From: a virus | Lineage: Duplodnaviria > Caudoviricetes | Direction: 5' to 3' (one strand) | Virus record (IMG/VR): IMGVR_UViG_3300025016_000004 | Length of the DNA: 64,000 nt | Part shown: in pieces, positions 41,901-51,400 of the stretch | Numbering within the stretch: the first letter of the stretch is position 1 | Layout of the letters: each line of letters begins with the position of its first letter | The notes under the pieces: generated by a model | Database searches by the model: none | What the model saw: only the letters and a program-made list of their open reading frames with translations | Told to the model about the DNA's origin: nothing | Translations under genes and position numbers: made by a program

Positions 41901-42077
41901 GAACTTAAATCAGAAGCTGGTCAAAAAAGGTATGGGGTAATAGCTCAAGAGTTAGAAAAAGACCACCCTAGTTTTATTAGAACAAATGCTGAAGGTATGA
42001 AGTCTGTAGCATATATAGATTTACTTATTGCCAAGGTAGCTGAATTAGAAGCAAGAATAAATAAATTAGAGAAATAA
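38985..42077 (+). CDS. Tail fibre protein with C-terminal intramolecular chaperone (peptidase S74)
   Basis: Repeated NVGIGTTxP; C-terminal SSDKRLKTKIKDL...YGVIAQELE...VAYIDLLIAK. Confidence 0.9.
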   Translation: MANEFIIRNGFISKSGSTVQNFLNVSGNTTSAAFVTIGGTELQFVKGDGTLDSNTYLTGVTDANISFSGTPNYVPVFDASSNLTDSPIYISGGSSNVGIGTTGPTEKLHVSGNTLMTGKVAASGATLTGLSNQGSEATALVIDSSGIVGTRELGSGAFVSSGSYLLDTTDTFTGVLTINGEIISTGNIYSQTNLLLDSNKRIVFDTDFDGFSFIENDFTNTYSHGINAMIHGGYPTGHHFIDGEDSTYTPVYASNFTATGTLQGTRLISTQTTGTAPFTVASTTVVPNLNADLLDGVQGSSFLRSDVADTKTSGNLIFNNDIRLQFGNTPNVDLRSFSGGDFGITTYISTGDPNIVFKRDASIQFTFNMPSGNFIATGEIRNLANKFYIGNSDTRTIIRDNNSGATIISQNQVGGGTLFFRPNNDVSPVGQATLEPSGNFIATGAIFSKNSMTIDNGLADGGSLSLRSLGYNSWEFDNFSGALRMFQGGTVKQTILENGNVGIGTSTPDYLFEVENPSGPGAFTTIANFKSGTDADNTGAQINVGMNSRGWFVRAGRNVGNVAISTMGQRESYGSFDYMTFKGGNIGIGTASPNELLEVAGSTGATIRITSTKNGTWTVGEELGALEFYGSDTSGAGANVKASIRVSDFNTFGAAHNMTFYTNGGTTEAERMRITATGNVSIGNTNDTYKLDVSGTCRFTGALRAEGNIQLASDASTIVNGNNASILRNNGSSTIISSQNNIMYFRPVGDASTTGQATLDTAGNFITTGAITSKNSMTIDNGLADGGSLSLFSLGHNSWQFDNFSGALRMFQGGTVKQTILENGNVGIGTTTPQSRIHVQNNSDNANIAMFKGFSTNINDVTTISVNNGFSTEYGKQVKIGAVAESASSNATGMALFTSPNSSTALERVRISSDGNVGIGTTSPAYKLDVTGTGRFTGDVTATNFVLSSDKRLKTKIKDLEIEPININWKQFELKSEAGQKRYGVIAQELEKDHPSFIRTNAEGMKSVAYIDLLIAKVAELEARINKLEK
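40272..41470 (+). repeat. 224-bp near-identical direct repeat (40272-40495, 41247-41470)
   Basis: Both copies encode GQATL...SKNSMTIDNGLADGGSLSL...FQGGTVKQTILENGNVGIG. Confidence 0.9.
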
Positions 42078-42082
42078 TTATA

Positions 42083-42703
42083 ATGAAGAAATATCACTAC
42101 TTATATATAACAGAAAATCTAATAAATAAAAAATTATATATTGGAGTACATTCTACTGATAATATAGAAGATGGTTATTTAGGTTCTGGTATGAATATTT
42201 TACGAGCTATAAAAAAATATGGAAAAGAAAATTTTGAAAGAGAAATTATTGAGTTTTTTGATTCTAGGGAAGAGGTAGAAGAAGCAGAAAAATTAATTGT
42301 TAATAAATATGTAGTAGATTGTAATCTATTTTATAATTTAAAAGAGGGTGGATGCCTTCCTCCTATAATGATAGGGAAAGATAATCCTATGTTTGGTAAA
42401 GAAAAAAATAAAGACACTAAATCTAAAATTTCTAATTCATTAAAAATATACCAAAGCAAAAATGGGTACAATAAACCTAATCTAGGTAAAAATTTTAGTG
42501 AAGAGTGGAAAGAAAATATAGGAAAAAGCCTAACTGGTAAAAAGAGACCAGAAATGTCAAGCAAAGTTTCTAGTCCAGTACAACATACTAAATTAAATAT
42601 ATTTTTTTCAAGCCTAAAAGAAGCTTGTGTAGTAATGGATATAAATTTAAGTACTGAGAGAGGTAGAATGTGGAGAAACAAATCTGATTTTAAATTTATA
42701 TAA
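42083..42703 (+). mobile_element. Free-standing GIY-YIG homing endonuclease
   Basis: YLYITENLINKKLYIGVH, YLGSG, FYNLKEGG, NPMFGK. Confidence 0.9.
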
Positions 42704-42705
42704 AA

Positions 42706-43533
42706 ATGGTTCCAAATACAAATACATTTTCTTTACAAGATGTGGTAAATGAAATAATACCTACTACAAATGATTTAGCTAGTTGTATTGCAGATGCTAA
42801 TGCAAGTTTTTATGACCCAAGTTATTACACAGCACCGGCAACAAGTTTATTAGAGTTTAGAAATTATGGAGCAATTTCAGTATTTCCAACTGTTAGCAAC
42901 ACTTCTGGTGGTATTAATAACGTTGGGGGGTTTGGAGGTTTTGCAGATATAACAATAGGTGCTTCTGATACAATAGCCATGATATTTATATCTGCATATT
43001 CTAATTTAGGCACTGTTAGTGTTACTGATGATAAAGGTGTTACTTGGAGTCTATATGGAACTCCTTCTAGTAAACAGGCCATTTATTACACTTCGGATTT
43101 AGCTACAACGGGTGTTAGAAGGATTACATATAGCCTTTCAGGTACTTTTTATAGTGCACACTTAGCTGCAACATTTATAAATAGTGCTAATACACCTTCT
43201 GGCACTTTTATAACTAACTCAAGTACTTCAAGTACCTCAGTATCTCAATCTTTTACCCCAGTAGTAGCTACTCCATCTCTTATATTATCTATTTATTTTT
43301 CTTATAGAGGTGGAGAAGTGGGCTCAGTATCTGAATTAGACCCAACATCTTATGGTACTGGACAAGTATTTATAGACTCGGAGGGAGCAGATGGGTCTGG
43401 TGGCCCTCCTGATTTTGTTACAACCTTAACTAAAGAAGAAAAGACATCAACATCAGCAGATACACAATTATTTACAAATCTTATTACAAATGATAATAAG
43501 TTTATTATGTCTGTTGGTCTTAATGGAATTTAA
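42706..43533 (+). CDS. Hypothetical tail-fibre-associated protein
   Basis: 275-aa Ser/Thr-rich ORF starting MVPNTNTFSLQDVV. Confidence 0.75.
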   Translation: MVPNTNTFSLQDVVNEIIPTTNDLASCIADANASFYDPSYYTAPATSLLEFRNYGAISVFPTVSNTSGGINNVGGFGGFADITIGASDTIAMIFISAYSNLGTVSVTDDKGVTWSLYGTPSSKQAIYYTSDLATTGVRRITYSLSGTFYSAHLAATFINSANTPSGTFITNSSTSSTSVSQSFTPVVATPSLILSIYFSYRGGEVGSVSELDPTSYGTGQVFIDSEGADGSGGPPDFVTTLTKEEKTSTSADTQLFTNLITNDNKFIMSVGLNGI

Positions 43534-43613
43534 CATAAAATAAAAAATAAGCTCTTAATTTTCCGTAAAGGATTTTTAACTATTTTTGTAAATAAATCTA
43601 AATCAAATCTAAA

Positions 43614-43847
43614 ATGCAAAAAAACATTAGAAAATTAATAGTTGGGGATAACTACTCTTACAATATTAAATATGTAAAAGGTGCTGAATACAAAGTAGGT
43701 ACTAAAAAGTGTATAATAACAGACTTCATTATAAATGAAGAAACAAACAGTATAGATATTTACGTAACTGACGGAGATTCAAAATTCTTATGGAAAACTA
43801 TCGGCTCAATTCCCTTAGAGGTAGAGTACGATGTAAACTTTTCATAA
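43614..43847 (+). CDS. Small hypothetical phage protein
   Basis: 77-aa ORF, TAnnTTTG (TATTTTTG) at 43581-43588 upstream. Confidence 0.7.
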   Translation: MQKNIRKLIVGDNYSYNIKYVKGAEYKVGTKKCIITDFIINEETNSIDIYVTDGDSKFLWKTIGSIPLEVEYDVNFS

Positions 43848-43848
43848 C

Positions 43849-44046
43849 ATGAAAGCTACATTATATTTTCTTGTAGAAGTAACAAATGATTACAATAACT
43901 ACGAGACTCTTTCTAATGGATTAGAGGTGATGACTAATAATACAATAGAGAGTGTAGAAAACGTAAATAGAATAGTATTGGATTACCTGTCAACGCCAAT
44001 ACCAAAAAATTGGTTAAATGGTTATTTCTTAATAACGTTTATTTAG
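43849..44046 (+). pseudogene. Probably truncated gene (N-terminus recalls phage GroES-like proteins)
   Basis: MKATLYFLVE..DYNN......E....IES..NVNR, then unrelated-looking tail; recognition from memory only. Confidence 0.4.
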
Positions 44047-44136
44047 GTTGTGAACCTATCGGGGCTCAATTCTCATTTTAATCAATATATATCGTATTAA
44101 AGGTGTAAAGCTCATATTTATATAGAAATAGGGTTT

Positions 44137-45345
44137 ATGGCTTTTGTAACCAAAGTAGACTATTCCGATAATAGACAAATAAAACAGTATCTTCTTACGG
44201 ATACACAACTTTCTGGTACAACCACTTTTGGTATTGCCGATGCATTGATACCAATGAATGTTAGTGGTGATACTATTAATATTGATGCCTTACAATATAT
44301 TCAAGCTAGAGGTATTATTTTACCAAATTCATTACCCTTATTTACTGGTGCTACATCACAAATATTAGGTAGGGATAACGATACTGGTAAAATTGTTGAA
44401 ATTGAACTCAGTGGGGTTACCTTTACTGGTGGTAGTGATTATGTAGTTTCTAGTTCATTTAATATAGGTACTGGTGATTTAACTTTAACTAGAGTTTCAG
44501 GTGGGACTGTTATTACAAATTTAGATGGTCGTTATTTAACTGGTACTACTGAAATCGTAGAGTCAATTGCTAACCCTTTAAATGTTTATTTTGCAAACAG
44601 AGTTAAACCTGTTTCAGATAATGAAGGATTTTATGTTAATGCGTCATCAAATAAAGATTCTGGATATCTTGTAAATAATACTGACACCGTGGGCAATGCA
44701 GCGTTAGCTGGTTTTAGAGCTACAGTTAATGGAGACCCTTTTGGTAATGGTTTTTATTTTGGAGTTCCAAATACTAATTATTTTGCGCCATGGTTAAGGG
44801 AGCATGGAATAATAACGGGTAAAGATTTAAATATAATGGTCGGCACCAACGCTGGTACGATAAGCTTTTCACAAGGTAATACGAGTACTAACCAAATAAC
44901 AGAAGCTCAACAAGATAAAGTTTTACTCTTTAATACCGATAGAACCATTGTAGCACCAAGTTTAAGTAAAACGTTAATTGAGGGTGAGTCAAGTGGTAGA
45001 ATATTAACTACTAGAGAATTTTTAGAAAGTAATTATGTTAAAATAGGTAAAAGGATTATAGTTAGTGGTGCAACATCTTATAATTTTGACCATTCACTAG
45101 CTACTGATTGGAAATTTTACATGACAGGTGCAACCACATTTTCAGATAGTAATTTACCATCAGGTGATACTATAATCGAATTTACTGTAAAATTAACTGG
45201 TAATTTTACAGTAACTTGGCCAGTATATTGGGATGTTATTGGGGATACATACGATGGTACTATTTGGAACTTTATAGTGGTACGGGTACATGATGGAAAT
45301 TCTGGGACTGAAGAGGTTACGGCCTTAATTTCAAATATAGTGTAA
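44137..45345 (+). CDS. Virion protein, short paralogue of the 33074 fibre
   Basis: Shares FVTKxDYSDNRQIKQ...T.LSGTT.FG, one LTLTRVSGGT..LDGRY repeat and I.APSLS. Confidence 0.8.
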   Translation: MAFVTKVDYSDNRQIKQYLLTDTQLSGTTTFGIADALIPMNVSGDTINIDALQYIQARGIILPNSLPLFTGATSQILGRDNDTGKIVEIELSGVTFTGGSDYVVSSSFNIGTGDLTLTRVSGGTVITNLDGRYLTGTTEIVESIANPLNVYFANRVKPVSDNEGFYVNASSNKDSGYLVNNTDTVGNAALAGFRATVNGDPFGNGFYFGVPNTNYFAPWLREHGIITGKDLNIMVGTNAGTISFSQGNTSTNQITEAQQDKVLLFNTDRTIVAPSLSKTLIEGESSGRILTTREFLESNYVKIGKRIIVSGATSYNFDHSLATDWKFYMTGATTFSDSNLPSGDTIIEFTVKLTGNFTVTWPVYWDVIGDTYDGTIWNFIVVRVHDGNSGTEEVTALISNIV

Positions 45346-45455
45346 TTGGGAGAACAAGGTTAATCATTTATTACATGTGGTATTTAAGTTTTATAATAAA
45401 AGCCTATAAAAATGTGTTTTAGAATAAAAAATTAACTATTTATAAAAAAAGATAA

Positions 45456-47186
45456 ATGACTAATATAAAGAATTATAATTTTAGTAGAATTGATTACCGA
45501 GTGAGTGATAGTGAATATTATGACTTTTATTTGTGTAGTGATAGTGCAAGTGTGTATATCAGTGATTTTGATTTTATATCTGATTTTGACGTTGAAGATT
45601 TTTTCTACTCTGATTTTAAATTAGATAATAGCCCTAGTGATTATTTGATTTCTTCATTTAATTTCAGTTCAGATAACCAATTAATTTCATTAATTAATAG
45701 TGCTAACACAAAAAGTAGTGTTTTTATACCTTTAAGTAGTACCTTTACGGCCTCTACATACGGTTTAACGGGGTTAGATAATGGAAGCATACCTTATACA
45801 CCAGAAACCGATGATTTCGCTCATAATGAGCTTATAAATACTTTAACGGGTAGTTCATTGGTGATTACTGGTGACACTGCATTAAAATTAAATAAAGTTA
45901 CTGGTTATACAGGTCAATTCGTATACCCAACTGAATTAATAACAACAGGTACCACTGCATACATAAATTTTTGTGGGGGATTTTATCAAGGGTTTTATAA
46001 ATTGGATGGTTATGACTATGAAGTTTTGCCTAATAGATACCAAAAAGGTTGGACTATCGAGACTTGGTTAAATAAATCAGATAATATATGTAGTGGTACA
46101 ACAGGTAACACATTAAATGATGAATATCCAGAAAATAAAGGATTTTTTTATTATGTCGGTACAAGGGCTGAAAATAAATTCTGGAATATATTTACTGGAA
46201 ACACTCTTTCCGCTTGTACTTCAGGCGCAACGTCTGGGTTCTGTACAGATATTAAAGAAATTGATGTTAATATAAATAATGTTACGGTTGATGGTAGTGG
46301 TAGTACTTTAAGTGTACCTATAAGCCCACCACCTATTGATATTAAACAAATAAAGAATAATTTCTTAATATTTGGTAGGTCTGAAGGTACGTTATGTAAT
46401 AATACCCCATCAAAAGATGGTTATGGGCAAGTAAGAGCTGGTAGAGATTTCGATAAAAATAAAATATATTATTCAAGAATTATTAGAGAAGAAACAACCA
46501 ATTTCTTAAATCCATTTTTAATATTTGGTAGGTCTGAAGGTACATTATGTACTAATCAACCATCTTCAGATGGTTATGGTCAAGTAAGAGCTGGTAGAGA
46601 TTTTTCAGGTATGACAACCCCTATATTAGAATTAGATAAAGATACTGATTTAATTGGTAACGCACTAGGGTTTAGAATTACTGATGATGGTCGTATTGGT
46701 TATAGGTTATTAGCGGTTTCAGCTGATTGTAAATCGGTTGATGTGATTGAGGAATATTCTGCTAGTGGTACTGTTACTGCGGATAAATGGACACATATCA
46801 CAGTTAAATGGGTTAATAATGATACTTATAATGCGTGTGATTTAATAAATGCTGGACCTAGAAAGGGTAAATATAAGTTTTATGTAAACTCTATGTTGGT
46901 TTTTATTTCACAAGAATTAGATGAAATAATACCTAAAAGGTTGGCTGATTTAATGGAAAAACAACTGGGTGTACCATATAATATAAGTATTGGTGGTGGT
47001 TCACAAGGGTTATTAGAAAGTATAACATTCGATGGGCAAGACCCTGATGATTTAGGTTTAATAATAGAACAAAATTTTGCTGGAACGTTTATTGGTTCAA
47101 TTTCAAGTTTTAAGATTTACTATAAAAATTTAAGTTGGTGTGAAATTAAAGAGACGTATAATAGTAACTTATCTAATTATTTATAA
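45456..47186 (+). CDS. LamG/concanavalin-A-like domain virion protein
   Basis: GWTIETW, WTHITVKW, KFYVN, IGGGSQGL, FIGSISSFKIY. Confidence 0.75.
   Translation: MTNIKNYNFSRIDYRVSDSEYYDFYLCSDSASVYISDFDFISDFDVEDFFYSDFKLDNSPSDYLISSFNFSSDNQLISLINSANTKSSVFIPLSSTFTASTYGLTGLDNGSIPYTPETDDFAHNELINTLTGSSLVITGDTALKLNKVTGYTGQFVYPTELITTGTTAYINFCGGFYQGFYKLDGYDYEVLPNRYQKGWTIETWLNKSDNICSGTTGNTLNDEYPENKGFFYYVGTRAENKFWNIFTGNTLSACTSGATSGFCTDIKEIDVNINNVTVDGSGSTLSVPISPPPIDIKQIKNNFLIFGRSEGTLCNNTPSKDGYGQVRAGRDFDKNKIYYSRIIREETTNFLNPFLIFGRSEGTLCTNQPSSDGYGQVRAGRDFSGMTTPILELDKDTDLIGNALGFRITDDGRIGYRLLAVSADCKSVDVIEEYSASGTVTADKWTHITVKWVNNDTYNACDLINAGPRKGKYKFYVNSMLVFISQELDEIIPKRLADLMEKQLGVPYNISIGGGSQGLLESITFDGQDPDDLGLIIEQNFAGTFIGSISSFKIYYKNLSWCEIKETYNSNLSNYL
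46365..46603 (+). repeat. 86-bp direct repeat (46365-46450, 46518-46603)
   Basis: Both encode LIFGRSEGTLC.N.PS.DGYGQVRAGRDF. Confidence 0.9.
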
Positions 47187-47224
47187 CGTTAATAGGTTAA
47201 AGAGTATATTTATAATAAAAGATT

Positions 47225-48400
47225 ATGGCAGCATTAGATTTATATAAAGATAGAATATTTACACAATTTAAACACTCATTAGGGGCACCTATAAGGGATA
47301 TTGAGTTGTTGGATGAAATGTTATGTACATTTTTAGAGATAGCTACTGAGGACTATTCTATGTATGTTCAACAATGGTTAATTGAACATCAATGGCAATC
47401 ATTGTTAGGTAAGAACGTAGATACTACAGATATGGCATTTGCTTTAAGTGTGCGTGATTTCGATTTTGTTACTCAATATACTTATGCCTATTCTAAACAA
47501 ACTGGGTTACAAGCGAGAGGTCCATGGGAACTTAAGAAAGATTTTATTGAAGTTGAAGCTGGTAGACAAGTATATGTGATTCCAGCTGGTAGAGAAGTTA
47601 ATGAAGTGTTATGGATGACTCCACCAACTACTGATGCCGCATTATTTGCCAATTATGGTGGTTTTGACGCTGGTTATGGTGGTGGTTTTGCACAAATGGG
47701 TATTGGTCATGCGGCCAACGGTGCTTCAGGTGCTGGTGCTGGTGGTGGATATTACGTTGCCCCAGCTTTCGATGTATTATTAACAGCTTCAGATTTCAAC
47801 TTAAAAAATAGATTACTTAGAAGTGAATTAGCATATAAAATAACCGCTGGCCCTAATGGTACAAGATTATTACACCTTATGAGTACACCAGGTTCTAGAT
47901 TATCATTTGGTGGTGCTGGTGTAGGTGCTGGTGCGGGTGCTGGTGCGGGTCCTACAGCTGTAGGTTTACAAGGTTGTAAAGTTTGGTATCATTATTATGA
48001 CACTGGTGTTGACCCAGAAGCAATAAAGGAATGTAGAAAACTAAACCCTGATATAATTACATTACCAAATGAGGTCCCATTATCTAAATTAGATTTTTCT
48101 CAATTTAATGAACCAACTAAAGTATTAGTAAGACAGTTATTCATGGCTGAAGCTAAAAAAGCTTTAGGTAGAACTAGAGGTAAATTTGGTGGTATTGTTG
48201 GACCACCTGAAGCTGAAAGGACTATGGATTATGAAACTCTTATTTCTGAAGGTAACGAAGAAAAGAGATATACTTTAGAAAGGTTAGATAAGCAACTTGA
48301 AAGATTAGGTAGTGAAAAACAACTTGAGAGGGCTGCCAACGAAGCTGAGAATTTAAATAAACACCTTCGTTATCGCCCTTTGGGAATTTATTGGCATTAA
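47225..48400 (+). CDS. Neck protein (T4 gp13-like)
   Basis: LGAPIRDIELLDEML, GRTRGKFGG. Confidence 0.7.
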   Translation: MAALDLYKDRIFTQFKHSLGAPIRDIELLDEMLCTFLEIATEDYSMYVQQWLIEHQWQSLLGKNVDTTDMAFALSVRDFDFVTQYTYAYSKQTGLQARGPWELKKDFIEVEAGRQVYVIPAGREVNEVLWMTPPTTDAALFANYGGFDAGYGGGFAQMGIGHAANGASGAGAGGGYYVAPAFDVLLTASDFNLKNRLLRSELAYKITAGPNGTRLLHLMSTPGSRLSFGGAGVGAGAGAGAGPTAVGLQGCKVWYHYYDTGVDPEAIKECRKLNPDIITLPNEVPLSKLDFSQFNEPTKVLVRQLFMAEAKKALGRTRGKFGGIVGPPEAERTMDYETLISEGNEEKRYTLERLDKQLERLGSEKQLERAANEAENLNKHLRYRPLGIYWH

Positions 48401-48402
48401 AC

Positions 48403-48428
48403 AAAAAGAGGTCAATTGACCTCTTTTT
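48403..48428. terminator. Bidirectional intrinsic terminator
   Basis: Perfect palindrome AAAAAGAGGTCAATTGACCTCTTTTT between convergent genes. Confidence 0.88.
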
Positions 48429-51400
48429 CTGTTTCTAACGCTACTTTATAGTCTTCTAATACCAACTCAACACCAGCTAAATCCAATTCTTTCTTAATCT
48501 TAAGAGCTTTTTTATCATCACCCTCTTTTCTAGCCTCAATCCAAAGGTGCGTTAACCAAAATTCGAAAGTTTTTTCTTTTCTAAGAGTTAGGGTTTGATA
48601 AAATTTTTGTCTTTGTGCCGCCCAAGGCTCATATTTTAAAATATCAGTAACACAACATAAATCAATTTCCCATTCTTTTGATTTGACATATATATTTGGT
48701 TTTCCATTTTCATCATCATGTACTGTAAATTCAGCTAAATTTTCTAAAGCTTTAGGTAATTTAGTGGTTTTCTTCATTTTTTGAATCTCATCATACTCTA
48801 ATCGTTTAATGATTTCACGGGTTTTAGATTTCTCAAACTTAATACCTTCAATCCTACGAATCCTTTCACGCTCATGATAATCTTCTTGAATTTGTTTCCA
48901 ATCCATGTTTAATTCTTCAAGATTATTTGGTATTTTATTGACTCTAATCCAAAATTGAATTTCCTTATCTTCCATTTCCATCAATTCAGCTAAAGTATTT
49001 TGGTCACCATCTTTGAACGCAGTACCACTATGTAACTCACACTCTTTTTTGGTAAATACTTTCCTTTCAGTTAACTCCATTTCTTTCGTTTTCTTATTTT
49101 TTACCATATCCATTAGAATACCTTCTCTGATTTCAGGTTTAAAACATACTAACAATGGATGAATCCTTTTATTGAAGGCATCTAAGTATTTAGGTACGTT
49201 ATATTCATCAGTTGTTAAATTAGGGTTATTTTCAATTTGCTCAGTTGGAATTAATTTACATTGCAGATTTATTGTTCTCTCACCAGTTTCTTTATTCGTT
49301 ACAACTTTAACATCACCATGACTTTTAACCGTACCTGTATTAACGTAATATACTGTATCACCTAAATTAGCTTTGATATTGTTGGCTATCAATAATTCCA
49401 TATGAGCTTTTTTAGCTTTTAAATTACCAGCTATTGTAGTTGTTTTCATATCAGTCATATAAGAAGATATTGAATCTTTAACATTAGCTTTTGAAGCTAT
49501 TTTAACTAATGGGATTCTAAAATTATAGATATCATCAACCGTTCTGTTGTATAAATCAATAAAACTTTCACCATCACCGTTTAAAAGATATTTAATCCCT
49601 TCATCTAGGAAATCTTCAATATAACCTGGCATCTTAGACGATTTAATAGTGTTACCAACCAACTTTGTTTTACCACCAATAAAGTTAGCATAATTTTTTC
49701 TAGAGAAATTAATTGTTGATGAACAAATATCATCAATATCTAATCCCATTCTACCAATCATAAATAATTCATTGAATTTGGCCACTACAGCGTCTAAACC
49801 TACAAGGATTTTACCTTTATCTTTTTCAGTAAATCTATGAGTACCTTTAGGTATGTAAGTATGTTTACTAACATCTTTTGGAATTGCGAAGTTGAATCCA
49901 TCGGTATTCTTTAAATTAACACCTCCAATACCACCTATGAAAGTCCCATCCTCAGTTGATATATCATAAACGTAATTTTCTTTATCTCTATTTAAAATTT
50001 CTTCATTTTTCCAAACCTCATTCGCTTGCATTATCGTTTTATCGGTAAACTCAGAATTATTACGATTACTATTTCTTAATTTAAATGATATGAAATTCTC
50101 TTTATCTTTACGAAGTTTTAATTTGTATTGAACTCCTAAACAATTCAAAAGATACCCAATACCCGACATCGCAACTTGTGATTTCATACCAATATCAGAA
50201 ACCGTTTCCATATCATTACCATACCCATCAGAAGCGCAAACACCATCCATGAAAGCTTTTTTATTTTCTAAAGTAGTATTTAAAACAAATGTTGGTACTT
50301 TCTTTTCTCTATAACTAGTATAAAAATCCTCACAGAACCTTTGACTAAAATCAGTTTTATACACCACAAGGTTATAAACACCACTACTTTTACGATGGTC
50401 TTTAATCCTTGGTTTAACATCCCAAAAAGCCCAATTTTCTTCAATAATGGATTTTAATTTCTCAAGGTTTTCCAAATTATTACTAGATATTTTCCACTCA
50501 CCTCTCACTCCTTTATTTATATGAGTTTCACCAGTTTTACGAGATTTATAATATTGTTTCCTTGACCCATATATCGCAGAACCATCCCCTAAGAAATATC
50601 CTAGTAACCAATAAAAATCAGTTCTAGTCTCAGGGAAAGTATCTGTATTATGCTGTGGTAATTGGTGAACGTCTATTAAATCACCCCTTTTAAGTGAAGA
50701 TGGTTTAACTTGAATTCCATTTTGGAATAAAGAGTGGTCTTCAGTAACGCAAACTAATCTATCTTTAGTGGAAACTCTATGAATTTGTTTTTGAGTTTCA
50801 TGTTTATAAACATAATTAATTTCTTTCCAACCATTAACAGTTAAAACTTCATAAGGTTTAGTCTCATAATCTCTAATTTCTTCTTCATCAATAGAATTCG
50901 AATTAGGGTTATATAAATCACAAATAGGTAAAATATCAATTGCCCCATTATCTTTCCATTTTATATAAATTGGCGTGTTAAAAGTAACAGAATCACCAAC
51001 CAGAGGTCTAAAATCATAATCCATAAAGAATTTAACCATCAATCTCAAATATTGTCTTCCTCTACATGTTGTTTCTTCAGCACAATTAATATCACCCCAG
51101 TTAAAGATATTTGGTGCCCCTAGTGAACCAAAGAATGAGTTACCAAGAATTTTAATTGGTAATTGTTTCTTATCGTACATACTAGCTAAACTACTTTCTT
51201 TTTCTATTTGAGATTCTAGTAATTCAAAATCTTCTTTAGGTAATTTATCACCATTAGCTTTCTTAAAGTCTTTTAATTTAGATAATTCACCTTTATGATG
51301 GTTCATTAGATTTTTAAATTTATCCCTTGTTGAAGCGATATAAATTAACATACCTTTCATTACTCCCGTAATATCAGTGTCAGGGAAAACATCATGCGTA

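Noticed and set aside
42078-42705. Replacement-N-terminus architecture at the 42083 GIY-YIG gene
   Set aside because: Only 5 nt separate it from the upstream gene and no remnant of MVPNTN is visible.
47905-47955. Gly-Ala repeat in the neck protein
   Set aside because: It looks like an ordinary low-complexity linker.
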